Below, piece by piece: positions 23,347-33,574 of a stretch of DNA of 64,000 bases. Position 1 is the first letter of the stretch, and the number at the start of each line of letters is the position of its first letter. This stretch comes from Cyanidioschyzon merolae. Its lineage: Eukaryota. The stretch lies in assembly GCA_000091205.1 (NCBI GenBank), contig AP006485.2. The stretch is one strand, 5' to 3'. Position numbers and translations under genes: made by a program. The notes beneath the pieces were generated by a model. The model saw nothing but the letters and a program-made list of their open reading frames with translations, did not search any database and was not told where the DNA came from.

Positions 23347-24450
23347 TTATCGCTTCGTGCAAGTACGGGCACGCGAGAACGATCGACTGGGAAAATGCGC
23401 CTCGCAACAAGGCAAGGAGACATAAAATGCACCACCGTGAGCCTCGCGACGACCACAAATGCCGAGCATTGCCATCCGCTCATTGACGACCTGAGCAAGT
23501 CGAGCCTTCCGAGTACGGTTGTGGCAACCACGGCCAACGATGACGCGAAATTGAAGTGATTCGCCTCCGTGATCCAGAATCCATTGATGAGCGGCTCGAA
23601 TTCTCCTCTCAAGAATCATTTCTGCAGCCCGCATAGTCATACCGTGGAGATCCAAATCCTCATCGAGGGGCTCAAGCAGCGTAAGCTCCACAAGTTCGTT
23701 TTCAATCGCTCTCGCATGTTCTACAAATCCGTGCATTGCTTCGAGATATTTTCTCTGAGCTGCTGTAGGTCCGCCGATGGCAGCAGCTGTACGAGCACAC
23801 CGACTTGCGAGCGCAAAGCAGTCATGCATGTCGCGAAGTTTGTTGGCTCGGGCGGCCGCTCCTGTGGTTCCATGTAGCATGGCGTCAGAATTTTCTGCTA
23901 AAACTGAATTAGAATGAGCGCGAAACGCATTACGATTCCATAAACCCGACAGGGCGCGAGTCTGGCTGGCTCCATTGCACCGCGCAGTGCCGACTTCAAA
24001 CCACAACTGGCTCGGAATCAAGTCCGCATTCTGACCTGGAAAGCGCGACTCCTCACCTCCCTCTCTATTCGCAGTAGCCGCAACTGGCGGTTCAGGTATG
24101 AACGCGCAGGAGTGACCGGAAGGACGCCAGGGAGGCACCTCAAGACGTCCAGAAACGATGCTTCTTGCCGGTTGTAAAATTGTCGTTTGGGGAGCGGTAC
24201 GTTCTAGTATGCCGACTCCAGAACCTTTGTCCTTTTCCTTAACCATCTTTCGCGCAGGCCCGAGCGAAAGCACTGCTCTATACGTTTCTTTTGCAGGCCT
24301 GCTACACGTTATAGCCGACTCCGCAGCTTTCGCCGCTGCGATTTCCTCGAGAAACGAGAGCGCGTTCACATCGGGAACAGCAGCTTCCTGAAGCACTGCC
24401 CCCACAAGATCTTCTCCCAGCTGCTCACAGAGTCGCTGCAGCTCCTTCAT
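23347..24450 (-). CDS. DUF1771-Smr domain protein (Cue2/N4BP2-like Smr endonuclease family)
   Basis: C-terminal Smr domain: DLHGMTMRAAEMILERRI...FRVIVGRGCHNRTRKARLAQVVNERMAM. A DUF1771-like helical segment precedes it (ANKLRDMHDCFALASRCARTAAAIGG...KYLEAMHGFVEHARAIENELVEL). The ORF start is GTG; the first ATG (MKELQRL) is at 24450. Confidence 0.55.
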   Translation of the reverse strand: MKELQRLCEQLGEDLVGAVLQEAAVPDVNALSFLEEIAAAKAAESAITCSRPAKETYRAVLSLGPARKMVKEKDKGSGVGILERTAPQTTILQPARSIVSGRLEVPPWRPSGHSCAFIPEPPVAATANREGGEESRFPGQNADLIPSQLWFEVGTARCNGASQTRALSGLWNRNAFRAHSNSVLAENSDAMLHGTTGAAARANKLRDMHDCFALASRCARTAAAIGGPTAAQRKYLEAMHGFVEHARAIENELVELTLLEPLDEDLDLHGMTMRAAEMILERRIRAAHQWILDHGGESLQFRVIVGRGCHNRTRKARLAQVVNERMAMLGICGRREAHGGAFYVSLPCCEAHFPSRSFSRARTCTKR

Positions 24451-24530
24451 GCTCGAGTCACAACATGGGTCGGAATGGAAAACAAACACGTAAACCGAAC
24501 CAATAACGCTTCTTCACGCGCCGCATCAAC

Positions 24531-25526
24531 ATGCGGGACTGCATTGTATGCAGTTTCGCACCGCTCAGCTTCTCTGTCGCAGCAGGCATGATCCCTCTGT
24601 CTCACTGCACGGGCTTTCTCTGTTCCACGACCTCAATAGGTGCCTGCCGGAACCTCTTTTGTTTGGGAAACAGGGTGCCCTTTTTACAAAATCGGTGCAG
24701 CGGCCAGGAGCGCCGTCCTCAAAGAAAACGAGCGAGTTGCTATCGTGTGTGCTCTGGGGCAGTTCTTCAGCTTGCGATGGCCACTGACGACGAGCTCTGT
24801 ATTTACCAAACAAAAGATGCTTTGGCTGCTCGCCTGTCGAAAGAGATTCTCTCTTTAGTACAGGATTCAAGGGGTTTGCAAGCCTCCGAGAACGAACAAG
24901 TTTTTGTTGTCGCAGTGTCAGGTGGCTCAATGCCGAGCCTCCTCAGAACAGCCCTCAGTGATCAGCCGGAAGCGATGACTCGATTATCTCGTGCACTGTG
25001 GATCTTGGTAGATGAACGGGTCGTGCCCCGCGACCATCCAGACTCTAACTTCCGTGCGGTCCGGGACGCTCTAGAGGGACTAGTGTGTTCTGAACGGATT
25101 CTGGGCTTTCCGCCGGACTCAATCGCTCTTGACACGAGCTCCATTGCTGACGCGTATGCTGAGCTACTTCGCTCTAAGGGTATTAAGCCAGAGAACATTG
25201 ATTTGGTCCTTCTCGGAATGGGTGAGGACGGGCACACGGCCTCTCTCTTTCCCAACGACGAAGCAAACCTACGATCTGCACCCGAGGCAAAGTTCTACAT
25301 TGGAATCGACAACTCTCCCAAGCCGCCGCCCCGACGGATAACGCTGAGCATGACAGCTATCCAGGCAGCAAAGAGACGAATTTTTGTGGTGACAGGTAAG
25401 GGCAAAGCGAAAGCGCTGTCACATATTTTTCAGGAGGGTAACACAAAGCGTCTACCAGCTGGTCTCGTACAGAACGCGCTCTGGCTGGTAGACGCAGACG
25501 CCGCCAGTGAAATTTCATATCGTTAA
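24531..25526 (+). CDS. 6-phosphogluconolactonase (possibly with N-terminal transit-peptide-like extension)
   Basis: PGLS core: VFVVAVSGGSMP...WILVDERVV...DLVLLGMGEDGHTASLFPN...RITLSMTAIQAAKRRIFVVTGKGKA. An alternative start MATDDE at 24777 gives a canonical protein of about 249 aa. The upstream 82 aa are Cys/Ser-rich and could be a targeting peptide. Confidence 0.7.
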   Translation: MRDCIVCSFAPLSFSVAAGMIPLSHCTGFLCSTTSIGACRNLFCLGNRVPFLQNRCSGQERRPQRKRASCYRVCSGAVLQLAMATDDELCIYQTKDALAARLSKEILSLVQDSRGLQASENEQVFVVAVSGGSMPSLLRTALSDQPEAMTRLSRALWILVDERVVPRDHPDSNFRAVRDALEGLVCSERILGFPPDSIALDTSSIADAYAELLRSKGIKPENIDLVLLGMGEDGHTASLFPNDEANLRSAPEAKFYIGIDNSPKPPPRRITLSMTAIQAAKRRIFVVTGKGKAKALSHIFQEGNTKRLPAGLVQNALWLVDADAASEISYR

Positions 25527-26167
25527 TGCTGTGGAAGGCTTTTCTCTGCCAAAATGCTCGGTTTGGATATCGAGTGTATATACTTGAATCCAGCAGTGCT
25601 TGCGCATCCATGAAGAAGCAGTCCATTGGCCCGAGATGCATCACGTGCAAGTGATCGCTCCTGGGTCCGCATGTGCTTGATGCGGGTGCCGAGGAACGAC
25701 AGCGCTCACATACTTGATGAGCAACTGCCATGCTACGGAGAGGCAGACCATTCAAGGTCAGCCCGGCGCGCTGGGACTAATGCATTGGCAGCGCTAAATT
25801 CTTTTATGATATCACGGCAAATTATCATCTTTATCGGCACGAATGGGGCTATAAACATATGGTGCTCCACCGCGAGGCATTCTCTGTTTAAAAGCGTGAA
25901 ATGCTTAGAGTATGCTAGAGCTTCAGCGAGCATCGCTGGAGCAGCAATCGCTTCTGGTGCAATCGTAGGTCGCATCGTGGCCCGCAGCATACGATCTTCC
26001 GGCGAGTCAGGATACCGTTTCCAGAGAGCGACCAAACATCGTTTTTCGCTCCGAAATCCTCACATCCAGGATCGATCCAGGAAAATAAGCACAACCTTCC
26101 GGCAAGGAGCTCGTCTCGACCATCCCATACAGCGAGTTCTATGCCCCTTTTTATTGGAGAGAATTGT

Positions 26168-28006
26168 TCAGAAGAGCACCTTTTCGAGAGGACTCAAATC
26201 AAGTACTGATGCAAAGCGTGGCGCTGCCCAGTCGTAGAGTATTCTAGCGATTCGCTTAACACCGCCCTGTGTCTCACTTTCAACATTTAGCGGCAGCAGT
26301 GGATCATGCAGCGACTGACGCAGCAGCAACCAACCCGCTCTCCCGTTGCCTTCATCGACTGCCACGCGCCATCCTTCATAATTCTCTTTTTCCAAACGCC
26401 AATTTGGCGGGGCCTCTGCGCTTGTCACGAAATCATGAAAGGCCTCAACGATCATCTTACCTGTCTCCTTGTAATTTTCGGTCAGCAAGTTCAAGCGGAA
26501 TTCCTTCTCTTCCAACGGCTCCGCGAGACCATCGAGCAAACTGTCGATGCCACGGTGATCCCCCTGACGCTGCAGGTTGATAAGTTCAGACACAATCTTG
26601 ACTGCGAGGTACGCACCATCATCTAACATGTAGTTTTCGCGCATTGCTCCGTGCCCGGAGGTTTCGATTGCCAAGGGACAATCAACTCCTGACTGGTTCA
26701 GCTCGATACCCTTATCGATAATGTTCTTGTAGCCTTTGCGGTAGCGGAAGTGGTGCCCACCACGCTTTCTGATAAACTCAGCGAGGCCGTTGCTCGTCAC
26801 CGAGTCGGTGAGAATCGTCGCGCCAGGGTGCTCACGGAGAACAATGGCCGAAAGCACCGCAATCAATCGATTGCGGTTCATGGGCTTGCCGTCGCGATTG
26901 ACGAATCCACACCGATCCCCGTCGGTATCGAAGACAATACCCAGATCTGCTCCGGATTTCAAAACAGCCTCTGACGCCATCTTCATCGCCTGTTGATCCT
27001 CCGGATTCGGCACGTGATTTGGAAACGTTCCGTCTGGTTCAAGAAACTGACTTCCCTGGATGTCAGCTCCGAGTGGAGCAAGAACATCGGTCGCAAAAAA
27101 TCCAGCTGATCCGTTGCCCGCGTCAACGATAATATGCGCTCCGTCTAGCGGCTTCAATGGGTTCTTCGCATTTCGAATCCCCTTTTCGATGCAGCTTCGC
27201 AAGTATGCTGCATAGGCCGCCATCAGGTCGGCTTTCTTCGCCAGAGCGCCGCTGTGTTGTCGATTTTCAATGGAATATGCGTCTCGACTCTGCGAGTGCT
27301 CAAACGCGTTCTCGAGCAACATGCGAACCTCCCTCTTATCCGTGCCGCCGCGTTCTGTAAAGAATTTTAGGCCATTCCGATCTGGAGGGAGATGCGAGGC
27401 TGTAAGCATCAGTGCACCATCAAACTTGAACTCCTCTAACACAGTGGACATAAACATTGCCGGTGTTGTGGCGAGACCGACGTCGTAGACGTCGCAGCCC
27501 TCGCTGGCGAGCGCGAGTATCACCGCGTCGCGGAGCGCAGGACCAGAGAGCCTCGGATCGCGTCCGACAGCTACGCGAAACACACCGCCTCGTACTGCGT
27601 CGTGCTGCTCGCGTCGGTCAGTGGAAGCTTTCAACCAACGGGCAAAGGCGCCGGCGATCTCCGCAGCTCTTTCCGGTGTGAGTGTAACCAGCGTCCGAGA
27701 GCCCTCCGTGGCCAACGCAACGCCTCGCACATCACTCCCGTTTTGAAGCTCCAGATAGATCGCTTTCTCTTCGGTTTCGGTGTCTAGTGCACTGCGCAAT
27801 CCGAGCGGGCACTGACACGGAGAAGAGTCAGTGGGTACGTAGCGTTCCCGTGAAGTTCGCAGAAACGCAGTTCGAGCGCGCTGGCGAGGTTGTAGCAGGG
27901 CGGGCGCCCGTCCCTCGTAGGGCCGCGAATGCTTCCGACGTCCACCCTGGAACGATCCTGAGGTACGAGCGTGCAGATCAGTGAGCGCAATATTTTGGCA
28001 GAACAT
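26168..28006 (-). CDS. phosphoglucomutase/phosphomannomutase-family enzyme (alpha-D-phosphohexomutase) with long S/R-rich N-terminal extension
   Basis: Active-site loop TASHLPPDRNGLKF (TASHNP-type) with LQNGSDVRGVA. Metal-binding region FDTDGDRCGFV. C-terminal domain GHGAMRENYMLDDGAYLAVKIV. The maximal ORF runs to 28195 (ATG), only 11 bp from the divergent gene at 28207. The internal ATG at 28006 leaves a roughly 200 bp promoter gap and is preferred. Confidence 0.65.
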   Translation of the reverse strand: MFCQNIALTDLHARTSGSFQGGRRKHSRPYEGRAPALLQPRQRARTAFLRTSRERYVPTDSSPCQCPLGLRSALDTETEEKAIYLELQNGSDVRGVALATEGSRTLVTLTPERAAEIAGAFARWLKASTDRREQHDAVRGGVFRVAVGRDPRLSGPALRDAVILALASEGCDVYDVGLATTPAMFMSTVLEEFKFDGALMLTASHLPPDRNGLKFFTERGGTDKREVRMLLENAFEHSQSRDAYSIENRQHSGALAKKADLMAAYAAYLRSCIEKGIRNAKNPLKPLDGAHIIVDAGNGSAGFFATDVLAPLGADIQGSQFLEPDGTFPNHVPNPEDQQAMKMASEAVLKSGADLGIVFDTDGDRCGFVNRDGKPMNRNRLIAVLSAIVLREHPGATILTDSVTSNGLAEFIRKRGGHHFRYRKGYKNIIDKGIELNQSGVDCPLAIETSGHGAMRENYMLDDGAYLAVKIVSELINLQRQGDHRGIDSLLDGLAEPLEEKEFRLNLLTENYKETGKMIVEAFHDFVTSAEAPPNWRLEKENYEGWRVAVDEGNGRAGWLLLRQSLHDPLLPLNVESETQGGVKRIARILYDWAAPRFASVLDLSPLEKVLF

Positions 28007-28206
28007 ATGCTGTGCTTGCTGGAAAACTCTGACGAGCAAACAAGCCGAGGAGCTCTCTCGGGGCGAACCCAACGCTTCGGAAAGCCGAGCTCCGCGTCGT
28101 GAATCAGAAGCGCAGCATGTCCACTGCACATGCCGTTGCTGAGCGTATTCTGGTAGATGCAAACGCCTCGTCGGTCTCGTGAAAGGTTTACACATGCTTC
28201 CTAGAA

Positions 28207-29316
28207 ATGCCCTTAAACTACTACTTCCGAGTAGAGATAGACGATAGTAGTGAGAGCAGCCAGGCTTCTCTTCAGGGTAGAGTCGAGCGTAAAGCTGCAG
28301 AGATCGAACAACGGCTGGAGAGCGTCTGGGGCTCCTGTTTCTGCGGAAGTTTCGAAGTAAGTTGTCACAAATACGCGCGTTCCGGCGAAATCTACCGGCA
28401 TCAGAGCGATATTAAGGACGTGCAACGCGAGTTGCCTGCTCTTGAGGCCTTTTACACTTTATCCGTACAACCGAGTGGTGTTTTCGCAGATCCCGTCATA
28501 GATGCCTTCGCCAGCGCTTCAGGCGCCTTGGACGGGGTTCGGCGGTCCTCGCTTGGAACAAAGCGGAACTATGCAGTTTCGCTAATCCCGACTTCTACCG
28601 AAACAGCAAAACGTGAGGGGCATAGCTTCGAACTTGCTGTTTTGGAGTGTGCGGAGAACTTCCCGGGATTCATGGAACAGTACACTGCTTCGCTTCCGCA
28701 GCGACCTCATGGCCCAGGAGACGCACAGAAAAATCTCTGGCAGATACGTATGACGAGGAGCGCCAGCATTTTCGAGTACCGCATAGAGGTAGAAAAGGAT
28801 GCTTTAGGCCCGCTCTTCTCAAGGGAGGGAAATCCGCCGTTCAGAGTTGGTCACTCGCGCCCTGAAGAAGCATGCCACCGTAGCACATGGGGCGCATCGT
28901 GTGATCATCTTCAGAGAAGCGACCTTTTCATTGCCATGATCCGCATGATATTAACTTACGAACGGCCGAGGGAGTCGGGTCGGGCATCCAGCCTTTTTAT
29001 TGAGCTGGAGATCCCGTCCCCGGAACAGGGAACCAGCTCCGGGGCTGGTCAGAAATGCGATGATATTTCGCCCGCTCCACGTCTTTGTGCCGATGGCTCT
29101 CTGGAACATCGATTCCTTAAGGCTTTCATAGATAGCATGTTACCCACACGCCTCGTCGAGTATCAGTCTACACTGCAGCTTTGTTCTCTTCGCAGAAAAT
29201 TCGCCCGCGTGCTGCTCGACTTCAAGATTGTCGATGGGAGTCATGAACTGCCCCCAGACGTGGGTCGTCCTACGCCTCTTCGCATCGCAATGTGCTGGCA
29301 GATGCTATTCAGCTAA
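28207..29316 (+). CDS. hypothetical protein (369 aa)
   Basis: ATG-initiated long ORF. No domain recognised. Confidence 0.3.
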   Translation: MPLNYYFRVEIDDSSESSQASLQGRVERKAAEIEQRLESVWGSCFCGSFEVSCHKYARSGEIYRHQSDIKDVQRELPALEAFYTLSVQPSGVFADPVIDAFASASGALDGVRRSSLGTKRNYAVSLIPTSTETAKREGHSFELAVLECAENFPGFMEQYTASLPQRPHGPGDAQKNLWQIRMTRSASIFEYRIEVEKDALGPLFSREGNPPFRVGHSRPEEACHRSTWGASCDHLQRSDLFIAMIRMILTYERPRESGRASSLFIELEIPSPEQGTSSGAGQKCDDISPAPRLCADGSLEHRFLKAFIDSMLPTRLVEYQSTLQLCSLRRKFARVLLDFKIVDGSHELPPDVGRPTPLRIAMCWQMLFS

Positions 29317-29389
29317 AAACTCGACGATGAACATTGACGATGGCATCGACGTGTCTCGATGCCTTTGCGGCAGCTAGTGGCACTCGAGA

Positions 29390-30850
29390 TTGGCGTACTG
29401 GTCGCTTCCCATATCGAACATACACTCACTATCAGTGAAACAAGAATCTTTTCACGACCATGGAGGGTAAATATATCTACCCACGCGCAGACGCCTCCCA
29501 GTGTTTTTTGACCGGCCTCCTGCTATAGGTTTGAGTTTCTCCTTGTACACTTCGAGCAGCAGAGGCTGGCCCACAAAGTTCGCTCTTGTCAACTCCGCGG
29601 GTCTCTTCTCCGGCACCAAACATTTCCTGATATTGATAGCAGCGTTGGAGTCCTGGTTCGCGAATTCCATGCGTTTATAGCCTCTGGTTGAACTCACCAA
29701 TGCAAGCTGTCCTCGAACTCGCGCCTTCAGAGCCATTTGGTGCTGCTTCAGCTCTCCGTACTTTTCTATCGCCGAAGCGCCCCGCTGGCTGCCCTCCAGC
29801 ACGACCGTCTGAAGTGTACACCCAAGCTCACCCCCTGGATTTTTTACTTTTGAACATGGAAGCGCATCTTCGAGGCCTAGGGTGGGGACCTTCCCGAAGC
29901 GAGAAGGTCTTGTGGAAGAAAGTCGACATGTGCCCCCAGGCTCACCGTGTACTGAATGTTTCAGCGATTCGCCCAGTGGAGTGATCATTACTTTTCAGAA
30001 TACAAAAGACTCCTTCTATGGGGATGAAACACAGAGTCTTCCGAGTAATGAAAAGCAGCTTTGCCCCGACAGAATTCGCATAAACTCGAACGCGTATGGG
30101 CTCGCGAAATGCCATGTCGTTCAATAGTAGAAAGTTGCCGGATGTAAGAGGAAAAGTCTTCAATGATTCGACAAATTGGGTGCTGTTGTATGAACCTTCT
30201 TTACGAGCGGAACTGAGGCCGCCGAAGGAATGCATTCCAGCTTGAACAGATGATGATACCCATGTTCTCTTCAAGCTCGATCGTGCATTCCACGGGCTGC
30301 CTGCTCTACGAATACCAATATACGCCTCGACTGTTTCATTCGAAGCAAGTCTCATCCACTAAAATAACAAACTGACGCTCCTCTGCTTTATTAGCCTCGC
30401 GAAGTACCAGGAACACCGTCGTTAAAATATCGGTGGAAGATGGCCCTGAATGGGATTGGACTTTTTTCGACTGTATCTAGTGATTGCATGACCGCAAGAA
30501 CATACTGTTCAGAAACAGAAACGCCCGTGGTGGCAACTACCTCGCTTTTGCTGCCTGCAATGTGATCAACGAGTCGCCTTCTAATACTCACCCGCAAGCG
30601 GTCTTTGAGAATCCCGGTTTTCGGCAATGAGCGCATCTATTCGTTTCTTTCCGTGTTCCTCAACCACTTGCGTACCGTCGTACGACTGACCAGAATGCAT
30701 AATGTAGTTCTCGTTGCTCTTTTAGTAAAGAATATATCCTACAGGCGATGCGTCAGCGATCTATACAGTAAATTGCATTGTGATGTCGATCTCCTGCTAT
30801 ATACCACAGCAGGGATGGAACAAATCTGAGTAGAGAGTCTGTAAGCGAGC
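29390..30850 (-). mobile_element. F1: pseudogenised TnpB/Fanzor-like element (IS200/IS605-superfamily RuvC nuclease + Zn ribbon), about 1.45 kb
   Basis: Three minus-strand frames (30391..30636, 29942..30355, 29452..29988) together encode about 395 aa. A RuvC-I-like YIGIRRAG has the Asp replaced by Arg. A RuvC-II-like FIPIEGVF is present. Cys pairs (TCRLSS...PCSKV) precede an intact RuvC-III KRMEFANQDSNAAINIRKC. The left-end region at 30700-30845 is homologous to F3 at 51400-51515. Confidence 0.55.
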
Positions 30851-31020
30851 CTGTTGGCATACGAACACTATGTCGGATGCGCGAGGTATTCGCTTCCCTC
30901 AATGGTGAAACGGTTTTCGGTGCAAAGGCGTGTGTGCGCTGTAGCTCTTGCAACGGATGCGTCTATTGATTGCATGTGTGTTTACGTCACTGTCGTCGTA
31001 ACTGATTCATTGAACGCTGC

Positions 31021-33012
31021 CTAGTGCAGCGCAGAAATGGTTTCTTGGAATGGTTTCGTGAGCCGTTGACCAGCCTGGTCATAATTATGTATTTCTGATT
31101 CAAGCATTTTCATTTCAGACTCGTAATTGATCTTCTCCGCCCCGACAACCATGTGACGGAACGTCATCTCATCTTGGTAGGTATCGCTGCGGACGCGAAC
31201 ACGAAACAGAAACTCACCAAAATGTGCTTGTTCCAGGATTCTCTGGTACTCCTCAGAATCTGTTTCTTTGATTCTTTTCAGTTCCTCTGCGCTGTAGCCT
31301 CCGAAAATGATAGGACCTACTTCGTCGTAACAGTTAAGCCAGTGGCTTCCGGTAGCGTCCATTGCTTGAATGCTGAATATATAGCGGGGGGTAGGTTTCA
31401 CGAGCTTATCGCAGCGCTCACATCGATACATATCTGGAGACTCTTCAATAACTTTTTTCTTGCAGTCTGGACAGCTCAGATACCATGGTGGGCGTTCTTC
31501 ATCCTGTTTGATGTGGCTTATAGTAGCGCGAACCGTGTAGTATGACGCACCGGGTGCAGAGTGAGGATCCTCACCGATGTGCTCGCTCTGCACTTGGGCG
31601 AAGGTTTTGCGTTCACTGTTTCGGATACGACTCTCTGTTCGTGCTCCACCAAGCGGTGTGCCGCCAAGATCCTGAAACTCAGCGCCATGCCCTTCCGAAT
31701 CGAACCAGCCCCGCAGCTCGAAGGCCTCACGGATGTTAGGATTCACCTCGACGTGAGAGCTGGGTGTTGTACTGAGGCTGACGCCATTGAAATCACCGCG
31801 TTTTGCGGATTTGACGAGCAACACGGGACGGTCATCTTCATTGGAAAAGAGAGAACGAGCTCGCTCACCCCAAATCGTTAACGCAACACTGCATCCAGTA
31901 TCATCAATCAGTTTGACTTCCCGTTTTGCAACCGGCAGGCCTGTCGTCTTGGAGCTGATTTCTCCAACTTCACCGATGTCCAAAGCGATGCCAATGACAT
32001 CAACCACTTTCCCGACAGGAACATCCATTAGATCACGTATCTTGACAAAGTCGAACGAGACGCGTTGAATCATATTATCATCCGGAAGCTGGGTGATGAC
32101 CGAGTTCTGGTCCAAGATCATCTCAAAAGAATGACCCGTATGATTGAACTGAGCGTTTGCTGGTTTCAAGCTCGCACCTGCAATACTGTAAATCCCGTTC
32201 AGCTCAATGCGTTGATGTGCCTCGAGGGCCTTTTCACGAAACGCCGTAACGCGCATATTCCCTGTTTCGTCGGCTATTTCGAAAGAAAAGAGTTTCCCTT
32301 CGCCTTTGGCGTTCGAATACGTACGCAGTTCTCCCTTCTGCACCACGCGACCCCTTATGATCACGTTGTTCTGATACGGGTTGGCGGCGCTGATCTTTGT
32401 GTAGCCACCCGGCGGTGCTAGAGTTTCCACTGATGATCCCAGACCTTGGTCAAACCGCACTACGGGGCCAGCAGCTGCAGATTTAACAGGTGGCGGTACG
32501 GACACTGGAGGCGCGCCGGGTGTTACCCGCGGCGGTGGAGGCTTATGTTCGACACCGGCTGAGACCGCCTGCCTTTTTCTTGCCGTTTCCGTTGAATCAT
32601 CATCAAAGCTATGCGAGCTTAATGCGGTATCCGTGCTCGCCCTGGGATCAAACGCTTTCGGGTTGCCAACAGTGGGCGCATTTCGCTCCAAAATCTCCAG
32701 GTTGATGATAATGGCAACAACTCGGTCTTGAACTTTGTTCGGTTGATAGTCGACCAACCGAACGATTGATCCTTTATCGAGATCCCCACTCAAAACGAAC
32801 GAGTTCAGTTGGGCCATGAGCACGCAGTGTAGCAAGTGCTCGCCATCCGATAGAACCACTCGATAACGATCACCGCTGGTTGTAGCCTGTGCCTGCTGCG
32901 CTACACTGGGCTGTAGCTTCCTTACCTCCTGTACCTGAAGCACAGGCCGCGACACGGTGTTCATGCCATAAATGCTTTTCACTGCACCACGACTGAGTGC
33001 TGTGCTCGCCAT
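31021..33012 (-). CDS. RPA1: Replication protein A large subunit (RPA70/RPA1)
   Basis: RPA70N-like N-terminus (PVLQVQEVRKL...YRVVLSDGEHLLHCVLMAQLN). OB-fold DBDs follow. The DBD-C zinc ribbon is C-x2-C...C-x2-C (WYLSCPDCKKKV...YRCERCDKLV). The maximal ORF begins upstream; MASTALSRG (ATG at 33010-33012) is the likely start. Confidence 0.8.
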   Translation of the reverse strand: MASTALSRGAVKSIYGMNTVSRPVLQVQEVRKLQPSVAQQAQATTSGDRYRVVLSDGEHLLHCVLMAQLNSFVLSGDLDKGSIVRLVDYQPNKVQDRVVAIIINLEILERNAPTVGNPKAFDPRASTDTALSSHSFDDDSTETARKRQAVSAGVEHKPPPPRVTPGAPPVSVPPPVKSAAAGPVVRFDQGLGSSVETLAPPGGYTKISAANPYQNNVIIRGRVVQKGELRTYSNAKGEGKLFSFEIADETGNMRVTAFREKALEAHQRIELNGIYSIAGASLKPANAQFNHTGHSFEMILDQNSVITQLPDDNMIQRVSFDFVKIRDLMDVPVGKVVDVIGIALDIGEVGEISSKTTGLPVAKREVKLIDDTGCSVALTIWGERARSLFSNEDDRPVLLVKSAKRGDFNGVSLSTTPSSHVEVNPNIREAFELRGWFDSEGHGAEFQDLGGTPLGGARTESRIRNSERKTFAQVQSEHIGEDPHSAPGASYYTVRATISHIKQDEERPPWYLSCPDCKKKVIEESPDMYRCERCDKLVKPTPRYIFSIQAMDATGSHWLNCYDEVGPIIFGGYSAEELKRIKETDSEEYQRILEQAHFGEFLFRVRVRSDTYQDEMTFRHMVVGAEKINYESEMKMLESEIHNYDQAGQRLTKPFQETISALH

Positions 33013-33574
33013 CCTTGCGCAGCTGTGTTGTGCGTTTCCAGAAGACACCCACCACTCAGTAAAAGGCCACACGAACGTTAAGATGCGTTGGCGCCATTTC
33101 GCAGCGCTGCGCCACAGGGATGGACAGTTTATGGAATTATTGTCCAGTCTTCCGCGGGGCGTTCCCGCTCTTTGAGCAGCACCACGCTCGAGACGGACGC
33201 GCCATGTACTGCACGCACTGCGTGTGCTGTCTCCATGCTGTGCTCTGCGCCGATCATTGCCCGAAAAGTAGCTGCAAACGTCGCAGTAGGTACAAACTAA
33301 TCCACCTCGTGTCTTGTTCTTCCGTCTCTTCGAAATAACCGAATGTATATCAAATTCATGGATGCTCGTTGCAAGCTCCCGGTCGATTGAGCTTTTTTGC
33401 ACAGACGCCAGTAACATTTATTTCCCAAGTTGCTAATCGTTTCGCTTCCTCCGCAGTTCTAATGGCACTCCATATAGCACATCAGAGCTCAGATAGTACT
33501 CCTCATATTCTCCCAGGTTGCAGAGAAGCGCTGAGGAATCTTTTCTCATGGGGCTTCCAGTAACTACACCGGTA

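Noticed and set aside
24531-24776. Treating 24777 as the only possible 6PGL start
   Set aside because: Both ATGs are in frame. The upstream 82 aa could be a targeting peptide, so the longer model was kept with the alternative noted.
29639-29660. tRNA-like T-loop (ggttcgcgaattcc)
   Set aside because: It does not match the GGTTCGAATCC consensus, and no flanking acceptor or anticodon stems were found. No tRNA could be supported anywhere in the window by eye.
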